A stretch of DNA of 64,000 nt from an uncultured Nitrospiraceae bacterium (GCA_963730935.1 CAVSTP010000003.1:542292-606291), one strand, 5' to 3'; positions 38,170 to 48,027 are shown, counted from the stretch's first letter. Program-made: numbers and translations. The notes: a model not told the origin generated them from the letters alone.

Positions 38170-39498
38170 ATGATCGAACGCTATACCCGTCCGCAAATGA
38201 AGGTCATTTGGGATCTCAAGCACAAGTACGAGATCTGGCTGGAGGTCGAGCTCCAGGCGACGGCGGCTTTCGAGCGCGCCGGGCAGGCCCCGCGAGGAAC
38301 CGCCGCGAAAATCCGTAAGAAGGCGAAGGTCGATGTGGCTCGCATCGCCGAGATCGAGAAAGTCACCAAGCATGACGTGATCGCGTTCCTCGAATCGCTG
38401 ATGGATACGGTTGGGCCCGAACATCGTTTCTTACACATGGGATTGACCTCATCGGACATCGTCGATACGTCGTTGGCCATTCAGATGACCGAGGCGCTCG
38501 ATCTGATTCTCGAAGGAATCGAAGGATTCTTGGCCGTGCTTAAGCGCCAGGCTTTTCGGTACAAGGCGCAGATCATGGTCGGCCGCTCGCACGGCATTCA
38601 TGGGGAGCCGATCTCGTTCGGCTTCAAACTGGCCATTTGGCACGAGGAAGTGAGCCGGCATCTCACGCGCCTGCGCCAGGTGCGGAAGGAGATCGCCGTC
38701 GGCAAGCTCTCCGGCGCCATGGGCACGTTCGCGCATCAAGGGCCGGACATCGAAGCGTACGTCTGTGAAAAACTTGGCCTGACGGTCGACCCGGTGTCCA
38801 ACCAGATCGTGCAGCGCGACCGCCACGCCGCCTATGCGACGGCCCTCGCTTTGCTTGGGGCGACGATCGAGAAGATCGCGACTGAGGTGCGCCATCTCCA
38901 ACGGACGGAGGTTCTGGAGGCCGAAGAACATTTTTCGGCTGGCCAAAAGGGATCGTCGGCGATGCCGCACAAGCGCAATCCGATTGTGTCGGAAAACCTC
39001 TGCGGACTGGCGCGGCTCGTCCGGGCCAACAGTCTGGCGGCGATGGAGAATGTGGCGCTGTGGCACGAGCGGGACATTAGCCACTCGTCGGTCGAACGGG
39101 TCATCATGCCGGACAGCACCATTCTCATCGACTATATGTTGGCCAAGGTGACGGATTTGATCGAGCATCTGGTCGTCTATCCCGCCAATATGAAGCGCAA
39201 TCTCGAACTCACGGGCGGCTTGGTGTACTCGCAGCGGCTCCTGCTGGCGCTCATTGAGAAGGGCGCGCAGCGAAAGGAATCCTACGAGGCGGTGCAGCGC
39301 AATGCGATGGCGTCCTGGAACGGCTCCGGGGGGTTGCAGGAACTCGTCAGCAAGGACCCATTCATTGCACAGCATCTCAAGAAGAGCGAAATTGCGGCCT
39401 GTTTTGATCCAAAATACTATTTGCGGCATGTCGACGACATTTTTAAGCGAGTATTCGGAACCGGCTCACGGTCTCAATCAGGGAAAGGAAGGTCATGA
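38170..39498 (+). CDS. purB: Adenylosuccinate lyase
   Basis: 442 aa starting MIERYTRPQM, with the fumarate-lyase signature GSSAMPHKRNP. Confidence 0.97.
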   Translation: MIERYTRPQMKVIWDLKHKYEIWLEVELQATAAFERAGQAPRGTAAKIRKKAKVDVARIAEIEKVTKHDVIAFLESLMDTVGPEHRFLHMGLTSSDIVDTSLAIQMTEALDLILEGIEGFLAVLKRQAFRYKAQIMVGRSHGIHGEPISFGFKLAIWHEEVSRHLTRLRQVRKEIAVGKLSGAMGTFAHQGPDIEAYVCEKLGLTVDPVSNQIVQRDRHAAYATALALLGATIEKIATEVRHLQRTEVLEAEEHFSAGQKGSSAMPHKRNPIVSENLCGLARLVRANSLAAMENVALWHERDISHSSVERVIMPDSTILIDYMLAKVTDLIEHLVVYPANMKRNLELTGGLVYSQRLLLALIEKGAQRKESYEAVQRNAMASWNGSGGLQELVSKDPFIAQHLKKSEIAACFDPKYYLRHVDDIFKRVFGTGSRSQSGKGRS

Positions 39499-40289
39499 GA
39501 GCTCGACACGCTGGGTGCTTTGGGATCGTTGTGTTGGTCGCGTCGCTGTGGGCGACCGTGGCGCACGCGGCTCCCGATCGCGAGAAACTCTTGGCGGACC
39601 CAGGCGTCTACGGAACCTTTGCTGCCTACAGCTTCAATGATGACTGGGGGAGGAAGGAAGGTGCCACGCGCATTGCGCTCTTGACCGTACTCAAGGGAGT
39701 GGTGGAGCAGCATCGAGAAAAGATCGCGATCGATATGTATCTGTTGCGGGGGCTCTCCGACCGTGCGGACATACTGTTTCGCGTCCATGCCAACGAGATG
39801 CGCGATACGCAAAGGTTTCTGGTCGATCTCCAGGGCAGCGCGTTTGGAAAGCAGTTGCAAGTCACCGGGATCATGCATGGGTTGACCAAGAAGACCAACT
39901 ACGTGCCAGAATTCCCTGATGAAATGAAGGCTGATTTGAAAACGGCGAGCGACCCGGGCCCCAAACCGTATGCCGTCGTCATTCCCATTCGAAAAAGTGC
40001 CGACTGGTGGGCACTAGACCAGGAGACGCGGGCGGCCATGATGAAGGAGCACACCGAGGCGGCCTTGCCCTATCATAAGACGGTGAAGCGCAAACTCTAC
40101 CATTCGACTGGCCTCGACGATATGGATTTCATTACCTATTTTGAAACTTCGAAGATCGAGGACTTCCACAGCCTCATTCTGGCAATCGAGAAAGTGAAGG
40201 AATTCCAATATACGAGACGATTTGGTCATCCGATCTGGCTCGGCACGGCCAGGGGGTTGGATGAGATCATCGAGATCCTGGCGCAGTAG
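39495..40289 (+). CDS. cld: Chlorite dismutase (Cld), periplasmic, Nitrospira-type
   Basis: Signal peptide, then blocks I remember from the characterised Nitrospira defluvii Cld: ADREKLL, YLLRGLSD.AD..FRVHA, PYA.VIPI.K.A.WWALDQE, LPY.KTVKRKLYHSTGLDD.DFITYFET, VKEF...RRFGHP. The start overlaps the purB stop (ATGA). Confidence 0.92.
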   Translation: MRARHAGCFGIVVLVASLWATVAHAAPDREKLLADPGVYGTFAAYSFNDDWGRKEGATRIALLTVLKGVVEQHREKIAIDMYLLRGLSDRADILFRVHANEMRDTQRFLVDLQGSAFGKQLQVTGIMHGLTKKTNYVPEFPDEMKADLKTASDPGPKPYAVVIPIRKSADWWALDQETRAAMMKEHTEAALPYHKTVKRKLYHSTGLDDMDFITYFETSKIEDFHSLILAIEKVKEFQYTRRFGHPIWLGTARGLDEIIEILAQ

Positions 40290-40315
40290 ACGCCTGGGGA
40301 CGGTGGGGAGACACC

Positions 40316-41020
40316 ATGGGAACAGGGACACTTATTTACGAAGGCAAAGCCAAAAAAATCTTCACCACGGGTCATCCCGATGAAGTCCTCCAATACTTCA
40401 AGGATGACGCGACGGCATTCAACGCGCAGAAGCGGGGAACGATCGTAGAAAAGGGCATCATCAACAATAAGGTGTCGGAACGATTATTCCGACTGCTCGA
40501 GCAGAGCGGAGTGCCCACGCACTTCGTGGAGCGGAAGAGCGATCGGGAAATGCTCACGAAAAAGGTTAAGATCGTGCCGGTTGAAGTCGTCGTGCGCAAT
40601 GTGGTGGCAGGTAGTCTGGCGAAGCGGTTGGGCCTGAAGGAAGGCGAGACAATTCAACCGCCCATCGTGGAGTGGTACTACAAGAACGATGCGTTAGGAG
40701 ATCCGCTGATTGCGGATGATCATGTGCGTCTCCTGAATCTGGCAACGCCTGAACAGTTAGTGGAAATCAGGCGGCTCGCCTTGAAAGTGAACAGCGTTCT
40801 GCAGCCGTTTTTTGCCGAAAGAAGGATGATCCTTGTCGATTTCAAGCTGGAGTTCGGCGTGCACAACGGCCGGATGATTTTGGCCGACGAGATTTCACCT
40901 GATACCTGCCGGTTCTGGGATCAGGCGACGAAGGAGTCGATGGACAAGGATCGGTTTAGAAAAGATCTGGGTAAGATAGAGGAGGCGTATCACGAGGTGT
41001 TGAAGCGGGTATGCGGGTAG
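40316..41020 (+). CDS. purC: Phosphoribosylaminoimidazole-succinocarboxamide (SAICAR) synthase
   Basis: 234 aa with LIYEGKAKKIF...DDATAFNAQK...VEVVVRN..AGS...DEISPDTCRFWD. Confidence 0.96.
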   Translation: MGTGTLIYEGKAKKIFTTGHPDEVLQYFKDDATAFNAQKRGTIVEKGIINNKVSERLFRLLEQSGVPTHFVERKSDREMLTKKVKIVPVEVVVRNVVAGSLAKRLGLKEGETIQPPIVEWYYKNDALGDPLIADDHVRLLNLATPEQLVEIRRLALKVNSVLQPFFAERRMILVDFKLEFGVHNGRMILADEISPDTCRFWDQATKESMDKDRFRKDLGKIEEAYHEVLKRVCG

Positions 41021-41058
41021 CGGAGACTGAGCCTTGCCCGCTCACACACTGCAACTCG

Positions 41059-41181
41059 ACCGCACTAAGTTTCGCATAGCTCGCCCCGCGAAACTTGTTC
41101 CGTTCAAAGCTACGCTCGAACGGAACTTCGAACATCGCGAGCCGTCCACATGGTGGACCGCTCCTGCTCAACTAGTGCGGT
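41059..41181 (+). other. Multi-hairpin structured intergenic element (candidate ncRNA/REP-like)
   Basis: Closing stem ACCGCACTA / TAGTGCGGT (41059-67 / 41173-81). It encloses two hairpins of identical geometry (9-bp stem, 12-nt loop): AAGTTTCGC/GCGAAACTT and GTTCCGTTC/GAACGGAAC. A third hairpin is GTCCAC-ATG-GTGGAC. Confidence 0.5.
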
Positions 41182-41262
41182 GACCCGAGTTTCCGTGATA
41201 TCGCGGAACAAGGCTCAGAACTCCACCCGCTTTTGAGGAGAAGGGAGACAAAGAAGTAGGGA

Positions 41263-41481
41263 ATGCTGAAGGCGTTTTTGAATTATGGGTTGGTTGCGGC
41301 GGTGATCGTGTGGGCAGGGGTCGTCGCCCTGATGGCGTATCGGTTGGACGATTCACCGTGGCGGTGGGCGTTTGCGGCCCTTGCTGTCGGTGGCATTGCG
41401 ACCGTGGCAGTCATTTTCAAAATTCGACGGTATGTCGACGAGTTGACCAAGGCGTCCGGAGAGCAGGGGAGTAAGTCGTGA
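41263..41481 (+). CDS. Small (72 aa) two-TM hypothetical membrane protein
   Basis: Two hydrophobic helices (YGLVAAVIVWAGVVALMAY, AFAALAVGGIATVAVIF). The stop overlaps the purS GTG start (GTGA), suggesting co-translation. Confidence 0.5.
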   Translation: MLKAFLNYGLVAAVIVWAGVVALMAYRLDDSPWRWAFAALAVGGIATVAVIFKIRRYVDELTKASGEQGSKS

Positions 41482-41717
41482 AAGCCAAGATTCATGTCAC
41501 GTTGAAGCAGGGAATTTTGGATCCGCAGGGCAAGGCCATTGAACATGCGCTCGACTCGCTGGGCTTTAAAAACGCCGCCAACGTTAGGGTCGGCAAATAT
41601 ATGGAATTGGATGTGAGCGAGAAAGACAAGGCAAAAGCCGAGGCACAGGTGAAGCAGATGTGCGAGAAGCTGTTGGCGAATACGATCATTGAAGAATATC
41701 GGTACGAGTTGACGTGA
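41478..41717 (+). CDS. purS: Phosphoribosylformylglycinamidine synthase subunit PurS
   Basis: 79 aa with KIHVTLKQGILDPQGKAIEHALDSLGF..V..VRVGKY.EL, canonical PurS. Confidence 0.93.
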   Translation: MKAKIHVTLKQGILDPQGKAIEHALDSLGFKNAANVRVGKYMELDVSEKDKAKAEAQVKQMCEKLLANTIIEEYRYELT

Positions 41718-41736
41718 AGTATCTTGGAAAAAGGGC

Positions 41737-42033
41737 GCGGGTCCTGTCACTGGCGGAGCCCACCGTGCTCGTTCCCCCGTCCGGTGTGGGGGGAGACAGG
41801 GCGGCCCATTAGCCTCTTGTGCTCGCGGAACGCGGCACACGGGAACAATCGTATTTGCACATTGCGGGAGGTGCTCGTTCGACGCGCGCACGTTTGAGGC
41901 AAAACGGACCTCCCCTAGAAAACGAGTGAGCAAGTGCGAGAAGGGTTGGCAGACGCTGCGGGCGTCTGGTGAAAGCCGCGTCTCAGCGCGGCAGGGTGGG
42001 CGCGTGAGAAGGCCCTCCGCCAGTGCCACCCGC
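41737..42033 (+). repeat. Palindromic 3'-UTR repeat, nested form (297 nt), copy E
   Basis: Family ends GCGGGTCCTG...GCCACCCGC. A perfect 10-bp helix ACTGGCGGAG / CTCCGCCAGT is present. It carries the long-form module (GCCGCGTCTCAGCGCGGCAGGGTGGGCGCGTGAGAAGG) plus a ~160-nt internal insert. It begins 19 nt after the purS stop. Confidence 0.8.
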
Positions 42034-42071
42034 TCAAGATTCGCTCAGCTGCTTTGTGGGAAAGGGAAGAA

Positions 42072-42788
42072 GTGAATATCGGGGTGATCGTATTTCCTGG
42101 CTCGAATTGTGATCACGACTGCGAGCATGTCTTCAGAGATGTGCTGGGACAGAATGTGACGATGGTCTGGCATAAGGAAACGTCCTTGGCCGGTCTGGAC
42201 GGCGTCGTTCTGCCGGGAGGGTTTTCATACGGAGATTATCTTCGTACGGGAGCCATTGCCAGGTTTTCACCGGTGATGCCGGCGATCAAGGAATTCGCCC
42301 AAGGTGGTGGCTTGGTCATGGGCATCTGCAACGGGTTTCAAATTTTGCTCGAGGCAGGATTGCTCCCGGGGGCGATGCTGCGGAACCGCTCGCTCCACTT
42401 CGTCTGCAAGGATGTTCGTGTGCGGGTAGAAAACGCCGCCACTCCTTTCACTAGTGCATGCCAGCCCGGCCAGGTGCTCAACATTCCGGTCGCCCACGCC
42501 GATGGGAATTACTATACCGACCCCGTGACGCTGGCTGGACTGCAGGCCAATGCTCAAGTGGTCTTTCGGTATTGCACACCGGAGGGGAAGATCACGGCGG
42601 AAGCCAACCCGAACGGCTCCCTCGACAATATCGCCGGCATTCGCAATGCCGAAGGCAATGTGTTGGGCATGATGCCGCATCCCGAGCGCTCCGCTGAGGA
42701 ACTGTTGGGGAATGTGGACGGTCGGTTGATTCTGATGTCCATGCTGGAGTCGTTGAAGAATCGGCCGCTGAAAATGGTGGGGGCGTGA
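42072..42788 (+). CDS. purQ: Phosphoribosylformylglycinamidine synthase subunit PurQ (glutaminase)
   Basis: [16 protein letters not shown]...[15 protein letters not shown]...GICNGFQIL...MPHPER is the GATase triad context. GTG 42072 fits the family N-terminus better than TTG 42054. Confidence 0.93.
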   Translation: MNIGVIVFPGSNCDHDCEHVFRDVLGQNVTMVWHKETSLAGLDGVVLPGGFSYGDYLRTGAIARFSPVMPAIKEFAQGGGLVMGICNGFQILLEAGLLPGAMLRNRSLHFVCKDVRVRVENAATPFTSACQPGQVLNIPVAHADGNYYTDPVTLAGLQANAQVVFRYCTPEGKITAEANPNGSLDNIAGIRNAEGNVLGMMPHPERSAEELLGNVDGRLILMSMLESLKNRPLKMVGA

Positions 42789-42790
42789 CC

Positions 42791-42887
42791 GCGGGTCCTG
42801 CCGATGATCAGCCCGTCCGTCCTCGCATCCCGCCCGGTGTAGGGACCCCGCTCCGGGCGGACGGGCGCCCAGATCATCGTCACCCGC
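42791..42887 (+). repeat. Palindromic 3'-UTR repeat, short form (97 nt), copy B
   Basis: GCGGGTCCTGCCGATGATCAGCCCGTCCG...CCCGCCCGGTGTAGGGACCCCGCT...CGGACGGGCGCCCAGATCATCGTCACCCGC. It begins 2 nt after the purQ stop and is followed by ATTTTT. Confidence 0.88.
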
Positions 42888-43008
42888 AGTCATTTTTCTG
42901 TGAGGGAAAGCGGAGAAGAGAAAAAGTGTAAAGGGGCCTGATCGCTCTTGGCAAGTCGCTTCAAGACATGGGCTCACCGTTTGTAGTGGCCGGGAGGAAA
43001 AAAGAGGA

Positions 43009-43338
43009 GTGCGCATCTGGGATATTTCGCCGAAGCGGTTGTGCCGGAATCATTTGCTCGGCGAGCACCGGGAGCTCCACGCGATCTGGTCGGTGCTGGT
43101 AAATGGCAAGAAAGGCTATGCGCATCATCCTGAGACCTTGCGCTGGCGCGGCAAGCTCAAGGCTCTCTATGGCCGGCATGACGCGTTGGTCCAGGAGATG
43201 GCGGTTCGCGGATATCAGCATCGAAGCCCGTTGCCAAAGAGGTCGGCACGTGGCAGCGCTATTCAACGTGCCGTTGTCACCACGAAGCGTGCGCAGGTCG
43301 AGATCTTGAGAAAAAAGCGCTGTCGCTGTGATGTGTAG
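43009..43338 (+). CDS. Pyrimidine-dimer DNA glycosylase / endonuclease V-like protein
   Basis: 109 aa. MRIWDISPKRLCRNHLLGEHRELHAIWSVL..GKKGYAHHPETLRW resembles the bacterial DenV-like (Pyr_excise) family pattern MRLW.L.P..L....L..E.RE. The call is by eye. Confidence 0.6.
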   Translation: MRIWDISPKRLCRNHLLGEHRELHAIWSVLVNGKKGYAHHPETLRWRGKLKALYGRHDALVQEMAVRGYQHRSPLPKRSARGSAIQRAVVTTKRAQVEILRKKRCRCDV

Positions 43339-43344
43339 GGACTT

Positions 43345-45594
43345 ATGAAGACGAACACTGTTGACATCAAAGAACTCTTGGCACAGCACAATCTGACGGA
43401 AGACGAGTACAAGAAGATTCTCGAAATCTTGGGCCGCGAGCCCAATCTCACTGAACTCGGCATGTTTTCCGTCATGTGGTCGGAGCATTGTTCGTACAAG
43501 AGCTCGCGCGTCCATCTCAAGAAGCTTCCGACTACGGGGCCTCGGGTGGTGCAGGGACCGGGGGAAAATGCGGGCGCCGTCGACATTGGAGACGGCTTGT
43601 GCGTCGTGTTCAAGATGGAGTCGCACAACCATCCGTCCTTCATCGAGCCCTATCAAGGAGCTGCCACCGGCGTCGGCGGCATCCTGCGCGACGTCTTTAC
43701 GATGGGAGCGAGACCGATTGCCTTGCTCGATTCGCTGCGCTTCGGCGGGTTGGATTCGGCGAAGAATCGTCACCTGATGAGGGGCGTTGTGGCTGGGATT
43801 GCCGGCTACGGCAACTGCATGGGGGTTCCAACGGTGGGTGGGGAAGTGCGTTTCGACGACATTTACTCCCTGAATCCGCTTGTGAATGCCTTCTGTCTGG
43901 GCGTCGCGCACAAGGACAGGATCTTTCGGGGCACCGCCGCGGGTGTCGGCAACCCCGTCATCTACTTTGGCTCGAAGACGGGCCGAGACGGGATCCACGG
44001 CGCCACGATGGCGTCAGACGCGTTCGATGATGAGTCCGAGCAAAAACGGCCAACCGTCCAGGTGGGCGACCCGTTCCAGGAAAAATTACTGCTGGAAGCC
44101 TGTCTTGAATTGATGGCGAACGACCTGCTCGTCGGCATTCAGGACATGGGCGCCGCAGGGCTGACGAGCTCATCGTGCGAAATGGCCTCGCGGGCCGGGA
44201 ATGGCATCGAACTGGATTTGACGCATGTGCCTCGCCGTGAGCCGGGGATGACCCCGTATGAATTGATGCTCTCCGAATCTCAGGAACGCATGTTGATGGT
44301 GGCCAAAGCGGGAAAGGAAGAGGAGTGCCTCAGGATTTGCCGGAAGTGGGATCTCGACGTGGCGGTTGTCGGCAAGGTCACGGGGGACGGCCTCTTGCGA
44401 GTACTCGATCAAGGCCAGGTTGTGGCGGAAATTCCAGCGAAAGCCCTGGCCGATGATGGCCCAAAGTACGAACGCCCGTACTCACCTCCTGCGTATCAGG
44501 ACATGCTGACGAACCTTAACTACGATTCCATTCCGGACGTCAAAGACGCGAATGCGGCCCTGCTGACATTGTTGTCGAGTCCGACGATCGCCAGTAAGCG
44601 GTGGGTGTATGAACAGTACGATCATATGGTGCGGACCAACACCATTGTGAGGCCAGGGTCCGATGCCGCAGTGGTCCGGATCAAGGGCACGAACAAAGCG
44701 GTCGCAATGACCGTCGATTGCAACGGCCGATATTGTCTTCTGCATCCCTATGAAGGAGCCCGGCTGGCGGTGGTGGAGGCGGCCCGCAACCTCATCTGTT
44801 CCGGAGCCGAACCGATCGGCCTGACGGACTGCCTGAATTTTGGAAATCCCGAGCGGCCCGACATCATGTGGCAGTTCGTCCTGGCGATCGAGGGTCTCAA
44901 GGATGCCTGCGAGCATTTCAACATTCCCATCGTCAGCGGCAACGTAAGTTTCTATAACGAAACCAACGGCCTGTCCATCTATCCGACCCCGATGCTCGGG
45001 ATGGTCGGATTGATCGATGAGGCCGATCGAGCCATGACCCAATGGTTCAGGGAGGACGGCGATGCCATCGTGCTTCTGGGCAAGACCAGGGAGGATCTGG
45101 GCGGCAGCGAATATTTGAAAGTCTTGCAGCATCGGGAGCAGGGCTCTCCGCCCCTGCTGAATCTCGAAATCGAAAAGGCGCTTCAGGATTTCGTATTGAA
45201 AGTGATCCATGAAGGACTGATTCAATCCGCGCATGACTGCTCGGACGGCGGACTTGCGGTGGCGTTGGCGGAATGCTGCGTGTCTGGGCCGCGCGCGGCG
45301 CGAGGGGCTGTGGTAAAATTAGGGCTCGGTTCATTGCGGCGCGACGCCCTCTTGTTTGGCGAAAGCCAGTCGCGAATCATCCTTTCGACAAGGTCGAATG
45401 TTGTGGAATCGTTGTTGAGTCGTGCAGCCGAGGCCGGTGTGCCGGCCGCCAAGATCGGCACCGTGGGCGGGGATCGCTTGGTCATCGAAGTGGAGCCGGG
45501 TAAGGTGAGCGATGGTTGCCGCGTTGATCTTCCTATTGGCGAGGTGTCGGACCGCTGGGTCCATGCGATCGAGGAACAGTTGAGTCAGGAATAA
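43345..45594 (+). CDS. purL: Phosphoribosylformylglycinamidine synthase subunit PurL
   Basis: 749 aa with [32 protein letters not shown] and [12 protein letters not shown], canonical FGAM synthase II. Confidence 0.97.
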   Translation: MKTNTVDIKELLAQHNLTEDEYKKILEILGREPNLTELGMFSVMWSEHCSYKSSRVHLKKLPTTGPRVVQGPGENAGAVDIGDGLCVVFKMESHNHPSFIEPYQGAATGVGGILRDVFTMGARPIALLDSLRFGGLDSAKNRHLMRGVVAGIAGYGNCMGVPTVGGEVRFDDIYSLNPLVNAFCLGVAHKDRIFRGTAAGVGNPVIYFGSKTGRDGIHGATMASDAFDDESEQKRPTVQVGDPFQEKLLLEACLELMANDLLVGIQDMGAAGLTSSSCEMASRAGNGIELDLTHVPRREPGMTPYELMLSESQERMLMVAKAGKEEECLRICRKWDLDVAVVGKVTGDGLLRVLDQGQVVAEIPAKALADDGPKYERPYSPPAYQDMLTNLNYDSIPDVKDANAALLTLLSSPTIASKRWVYEQYDHMVRTNTIVRPGSDAAVVRIKGTNKAVAMTVDCNGRYCLLHPYEGARLAVVEAARNLICSGAEPIGLTDCLNFGNPERPDIMWQFVLAIEGLKDACEHFNIPIVSGNVSFYNETNGLSIYPTPMLGMVGLIDEADRAMTQWFREDGDAIVLLGKTREDLGGSEYLKVLQHREQGSPPLLNLEIEKALQDFVLKVIHEGLIQSAHDCSDGGLAVALAECCVSGPRAARGAVVKLGLGSLRRDALLFGESQSRIILSTRSNVVESLLSRAAEAGVPAAKIGTVGGDRLVIEVEPGKVSDGCRVDLPIGEVSDRWVHAIEEQLSQE

Positions 45595-45604
45595 CGGTTG
45601 GGGT

Positions 45605-47035
45605 ATGCGCAAAGAACTTCCCATCCTGAGTCCCGATAAGTTTCACGACGAGTGCGCCGTCTTCGGCATCTACGGCCACAAGGAAGCGGCCAATCTGACG
45701 TATCTCGGACTCTATGCGCTGCAGCACCGCGGACAGGAAGCGTCCGGCATCGTCTCCGCGGACGGCGATCATTTCCACCTGCATAAGGGCATGGGACTGG
45801 TCGCGGACATTTACAACAATCAGACCCTCAAGAACCTCACAGGATCGATGGCCATCGGCCACAATCGCTACTCGACCGCCGGAGGCCAGGACCTCAAGAA
45901 CGTTCAGCCGCTCACCGTCAATTTTGCCTTCGGGAATCTAGCGTTGGCGCACAACGGGAATCTCATCAATGCGCAGGTGCTACGCAATGAGCTCGAAGCC
46001 TACGGCGCCATTTTCCAATCCACGTCGGACAGCGAGGTGATCATTCACCTGATTGCCCATTCCCGGGCCGACACGTTGCTCGCCCGGATCATCGACGCGC
46101 TCAGCCAGGTCCGTGGGGCGTTCTCCGTCGTGCTGCTTACCGACGACGGCATTATCGCCGCGCGCGATCCGCACGGGTTCAGACCGTTGTCGCTTGGACG
46201 GTTGCGGGATACCTATCTCGTCGCGTCGGAAACCTGCGCGTTCGATCTGCTGGATGCCGAGATCGTTCGAGAGATCGAGCCTGGCGAGCTCGTCGTGCTC
46301 AATGAACAGGGCGTCACGAGTTACAAGCCATTTTCGTCCGTCCAGCCGGCGATGTGCATCTTCGAATATGTGTATTTCGCGAGGCCGGACAGCAAAATTT
46401 TCGGAGCCAATGCGGTCTATACCACCCGAAAAGCCTTGGGGCGCCAGTTGGCGCAGGAGTCCTGGGTGCCGGCCGATGTCGTCATTCCTGTGCCGGACTC
46501 GGGCGTGCCGGCGGCGCTGGGCTATAGTGAAGGGGCCGGCATTCCGTTCGAAACCGGCTTGATCAGAAACCATTATGTCGGACGCACCTTCATCGAGCCC
46601 GAACAGTCGATCCGGCACTTCGGCGTGAAGGTCAAGCTGAATGCCGTCCCCGAGGTGCTGCACGGTAAACGCGTCGTCGTGGTCGATGATTCACTGGTCC
46701 GCGGAACCACTAGCCGCAAGATTGTGAAGATGATCCGTCAGGCCGGTGCCAAAGAAGTGCACATGCGGATCAGCTCCCCGCCGATCATTTCACCCTGTTT
46801 CTACGGCATCGATACGCCGACAAAGAAGGAATTGATCGCGTCGAGTCATTCGTCAGAAGAGATTCGCAAGTACATTACGGCTGACAGTCTCGCCTATTTG
46901 AGTCTCGACGGCATGTTGAAATCTGCTCCCGGCGCTCCCGATCACTACTGCAACGCCTGCTTCACCGAGCGGTACCCGATTTCCTTCACACGGGCCGAAG
47001 AATTCCAACTCGGACTGTTCGAACGATCGAGCTAG
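45605..47035 (+). CDS. purF: Amidophosphoribosyltransferase
   Basis: 476 aa with the DECAVFGI N-terminal Cys nucleophile context, ALQHRGQE, the PRTase motif [14 protein letters not shown], and Cys ligands of the [4Fe-4S]-type PurF ([13 protein letters not shown]...CNAC). Confidence 0.97.
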   Translation: MRKELPILSPDKFHDECAVFGIYGHKEAANLTYLGLYALQHRGQEASGIVSADGDHFHLHKGMGLVADIYNNQTLKNLTGSMAIGHNRYSTAGGQDLKNVQPLTVNFAFGNLALAHNGNLINAQVLRNELEAYGAIFQSTSDSEVIIHLIAHSRADTLLARIIDALSQVRGAFSVVLLTDDGIIAARDPHGFRPLSLGRLRDTYLVASETCAFDLLDAEIVREIEPGELVVLNEQGVTSYKPFSSVQPAMCIFEYVYFARPDSKIFGANAVYTTRKALGRQLAQESWVPADVVIPVPDSGVPAALGYSEGAGIPFETGLIRNHYVGRTFIEPEQSIRHFGVKVKLNAVPEVLHGKRVVVVDDSLVRGTTSRKIVKMIRQAGAKEVHMRISSPPIISPCFYGIDTPTKKELIASSHSSEEIRKYITADSLAYLSLDGMLKSAPGAPDHYCNACFTERYPISFTRAEEFQLGLFERSS

Positions 47036-47164
47036 AACGCAAGTCTCACCGTTACCTGCTGTCTCCTTCTCACCAAGTGCCTCTCTCCTCCGCCTGTACG
47101 GCTGCCGTTGCTCCCCAAAAAAACTGCATGGTAGGATAGCGCGACTGCACGATCATATCGCCTC

Positions 47165-47713
47165 ATGGAGGTCCTCATGAACCGTCTTGCCGTCATCCTT
47201 GGCGTCGTTCTGGTCCCTGTACTGTCTGTTCACCTCCTGCTTGCCGCAGGATTCTTCAAAGTCGGCGAAAAAGCGCCCTCCTTCGCGTTGAATGCCATTA
47301 GCGGCGAACCCGTCTCATTGGATGCCTATAAGGGAAAGGTCGTTGTGCTCGGGCTCTTCCACATCTGCGACCCCTGCATGATGCAGGGTACCAACTTGCA
47401 AAAGGTCTATGAAGCGACTCAGGGAAAGAATGTCGCAGTCGTCGGGGTCAATTCATCCGGCAATTCCAAAAAGGAGGTCGGCGAGTTTCTGTCTGCGTTT
47501 CCAGTGAAGGTCACCTATCCGTATCTCCTGGATCCTGGCAAAGTGACTGATAAGCTCTACGGCGGCGGCAAATTCATTCCGAATGTGTATGTCATCGATC
47601 AGCAAGGCGTCATTCGCTGGCAGCGAGTCGGAAACATGGAACTGGCAGGAGCGGACGTCATCATTGCAGAGGTGGAGAAGCTACTGGCTGCCGGGAGCAG
47701 CAGCAAGATGTAA
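47165..47713 (+). CDS. Thioredoxin-fold protein (TlpA/redoxin family), membrane-anchored or secreted
   Basis: N-terminal hydrophobic segment, a redoxin-like layout and the CxxC motif CDPC (LFHICDPCMMQG). Confidence 0.7.
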   Translation: MEVLMNRLAVILGVVLVPVLSVHLLLAAGFFKVGEKAPSFALNAISGEPVSLDAYKGKVVVLGLFHICDPCMMQGTNLQKVYEATQGKNVAVVGVNSSGNSKKEVGEFLSAFPVKVTYPYLLDPGKVTDKLYGGGKFIPNVYVIDQQGVIRWQRVGNMELAGADVIIAEVEKLLAAGSSSKM

Positions 47714-47747
47714 GCAGCGGGTCTGCTGCGAGAGAGGAAACTCCAGA

Positions 47748-47987
47748 ATGGATGAGATGGAAGAGGGGAAACAGAAGTTTCTGGAAGTGGTGAAAGGGAT
47801 TGACCCACAAGTATCGGTCGTGATCCCGGTCACGCCGTCGAACAGCATGTTCCTCATATCGCTCACGAAAGGGGCCAATCGCAAATTCATTACGGTGCCA
47901 GAGGACGACATCATCGATTTGCCCAACGAAGCCGGCATCCTCACCAAGGTCACCAAGACGGTCAAGGATGCGGTGGGTTCGCTATGA
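47748..47987 (+). CDS. Small (79 aa) hypothetical protein
   Basis: ATG 47748 with GAGAGGAA upstream. The sequence is protein-like (KFLEVVKGIDPQVSVVIPVTPSNSMFLISLTKGANRKFITVPEDDIIDL). No family recognised. Confidence 0.45.
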   Translation: MDEMEEGKQKFLEVVKGIDPQVSVVIPVTPSNSMFLISLTKGANRKFITVPEDDIIDLPNEAGILTKVTKTVKDAVGSL

Positions 47988-48027
47988 AGCGGTCCGCGCT
48001 TCCACTCAAGGTAACCATACGGCGGTC

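Noticed and set aside
41737-41790. Resemblance of GGGTCCTGTCACTGGCGGAGCC to the 5' part of the ZTP (pfl) riboswitch, tempting because it sits in a purine operon
   Set aside because: The ACTGGCGGAG segment is the variable, covarying helix of the repeat family and differs in the other copies. I found no 3' CCGCCTGGGC-type pseudoknot partner.
42961-43998. 345-aa minus-strand ORF spanning the endonuclease-V-like gene and the 5' part of purL
   Set aside because: It is antisense to purL, which has canonical motifs. Its composition is not protein-like.
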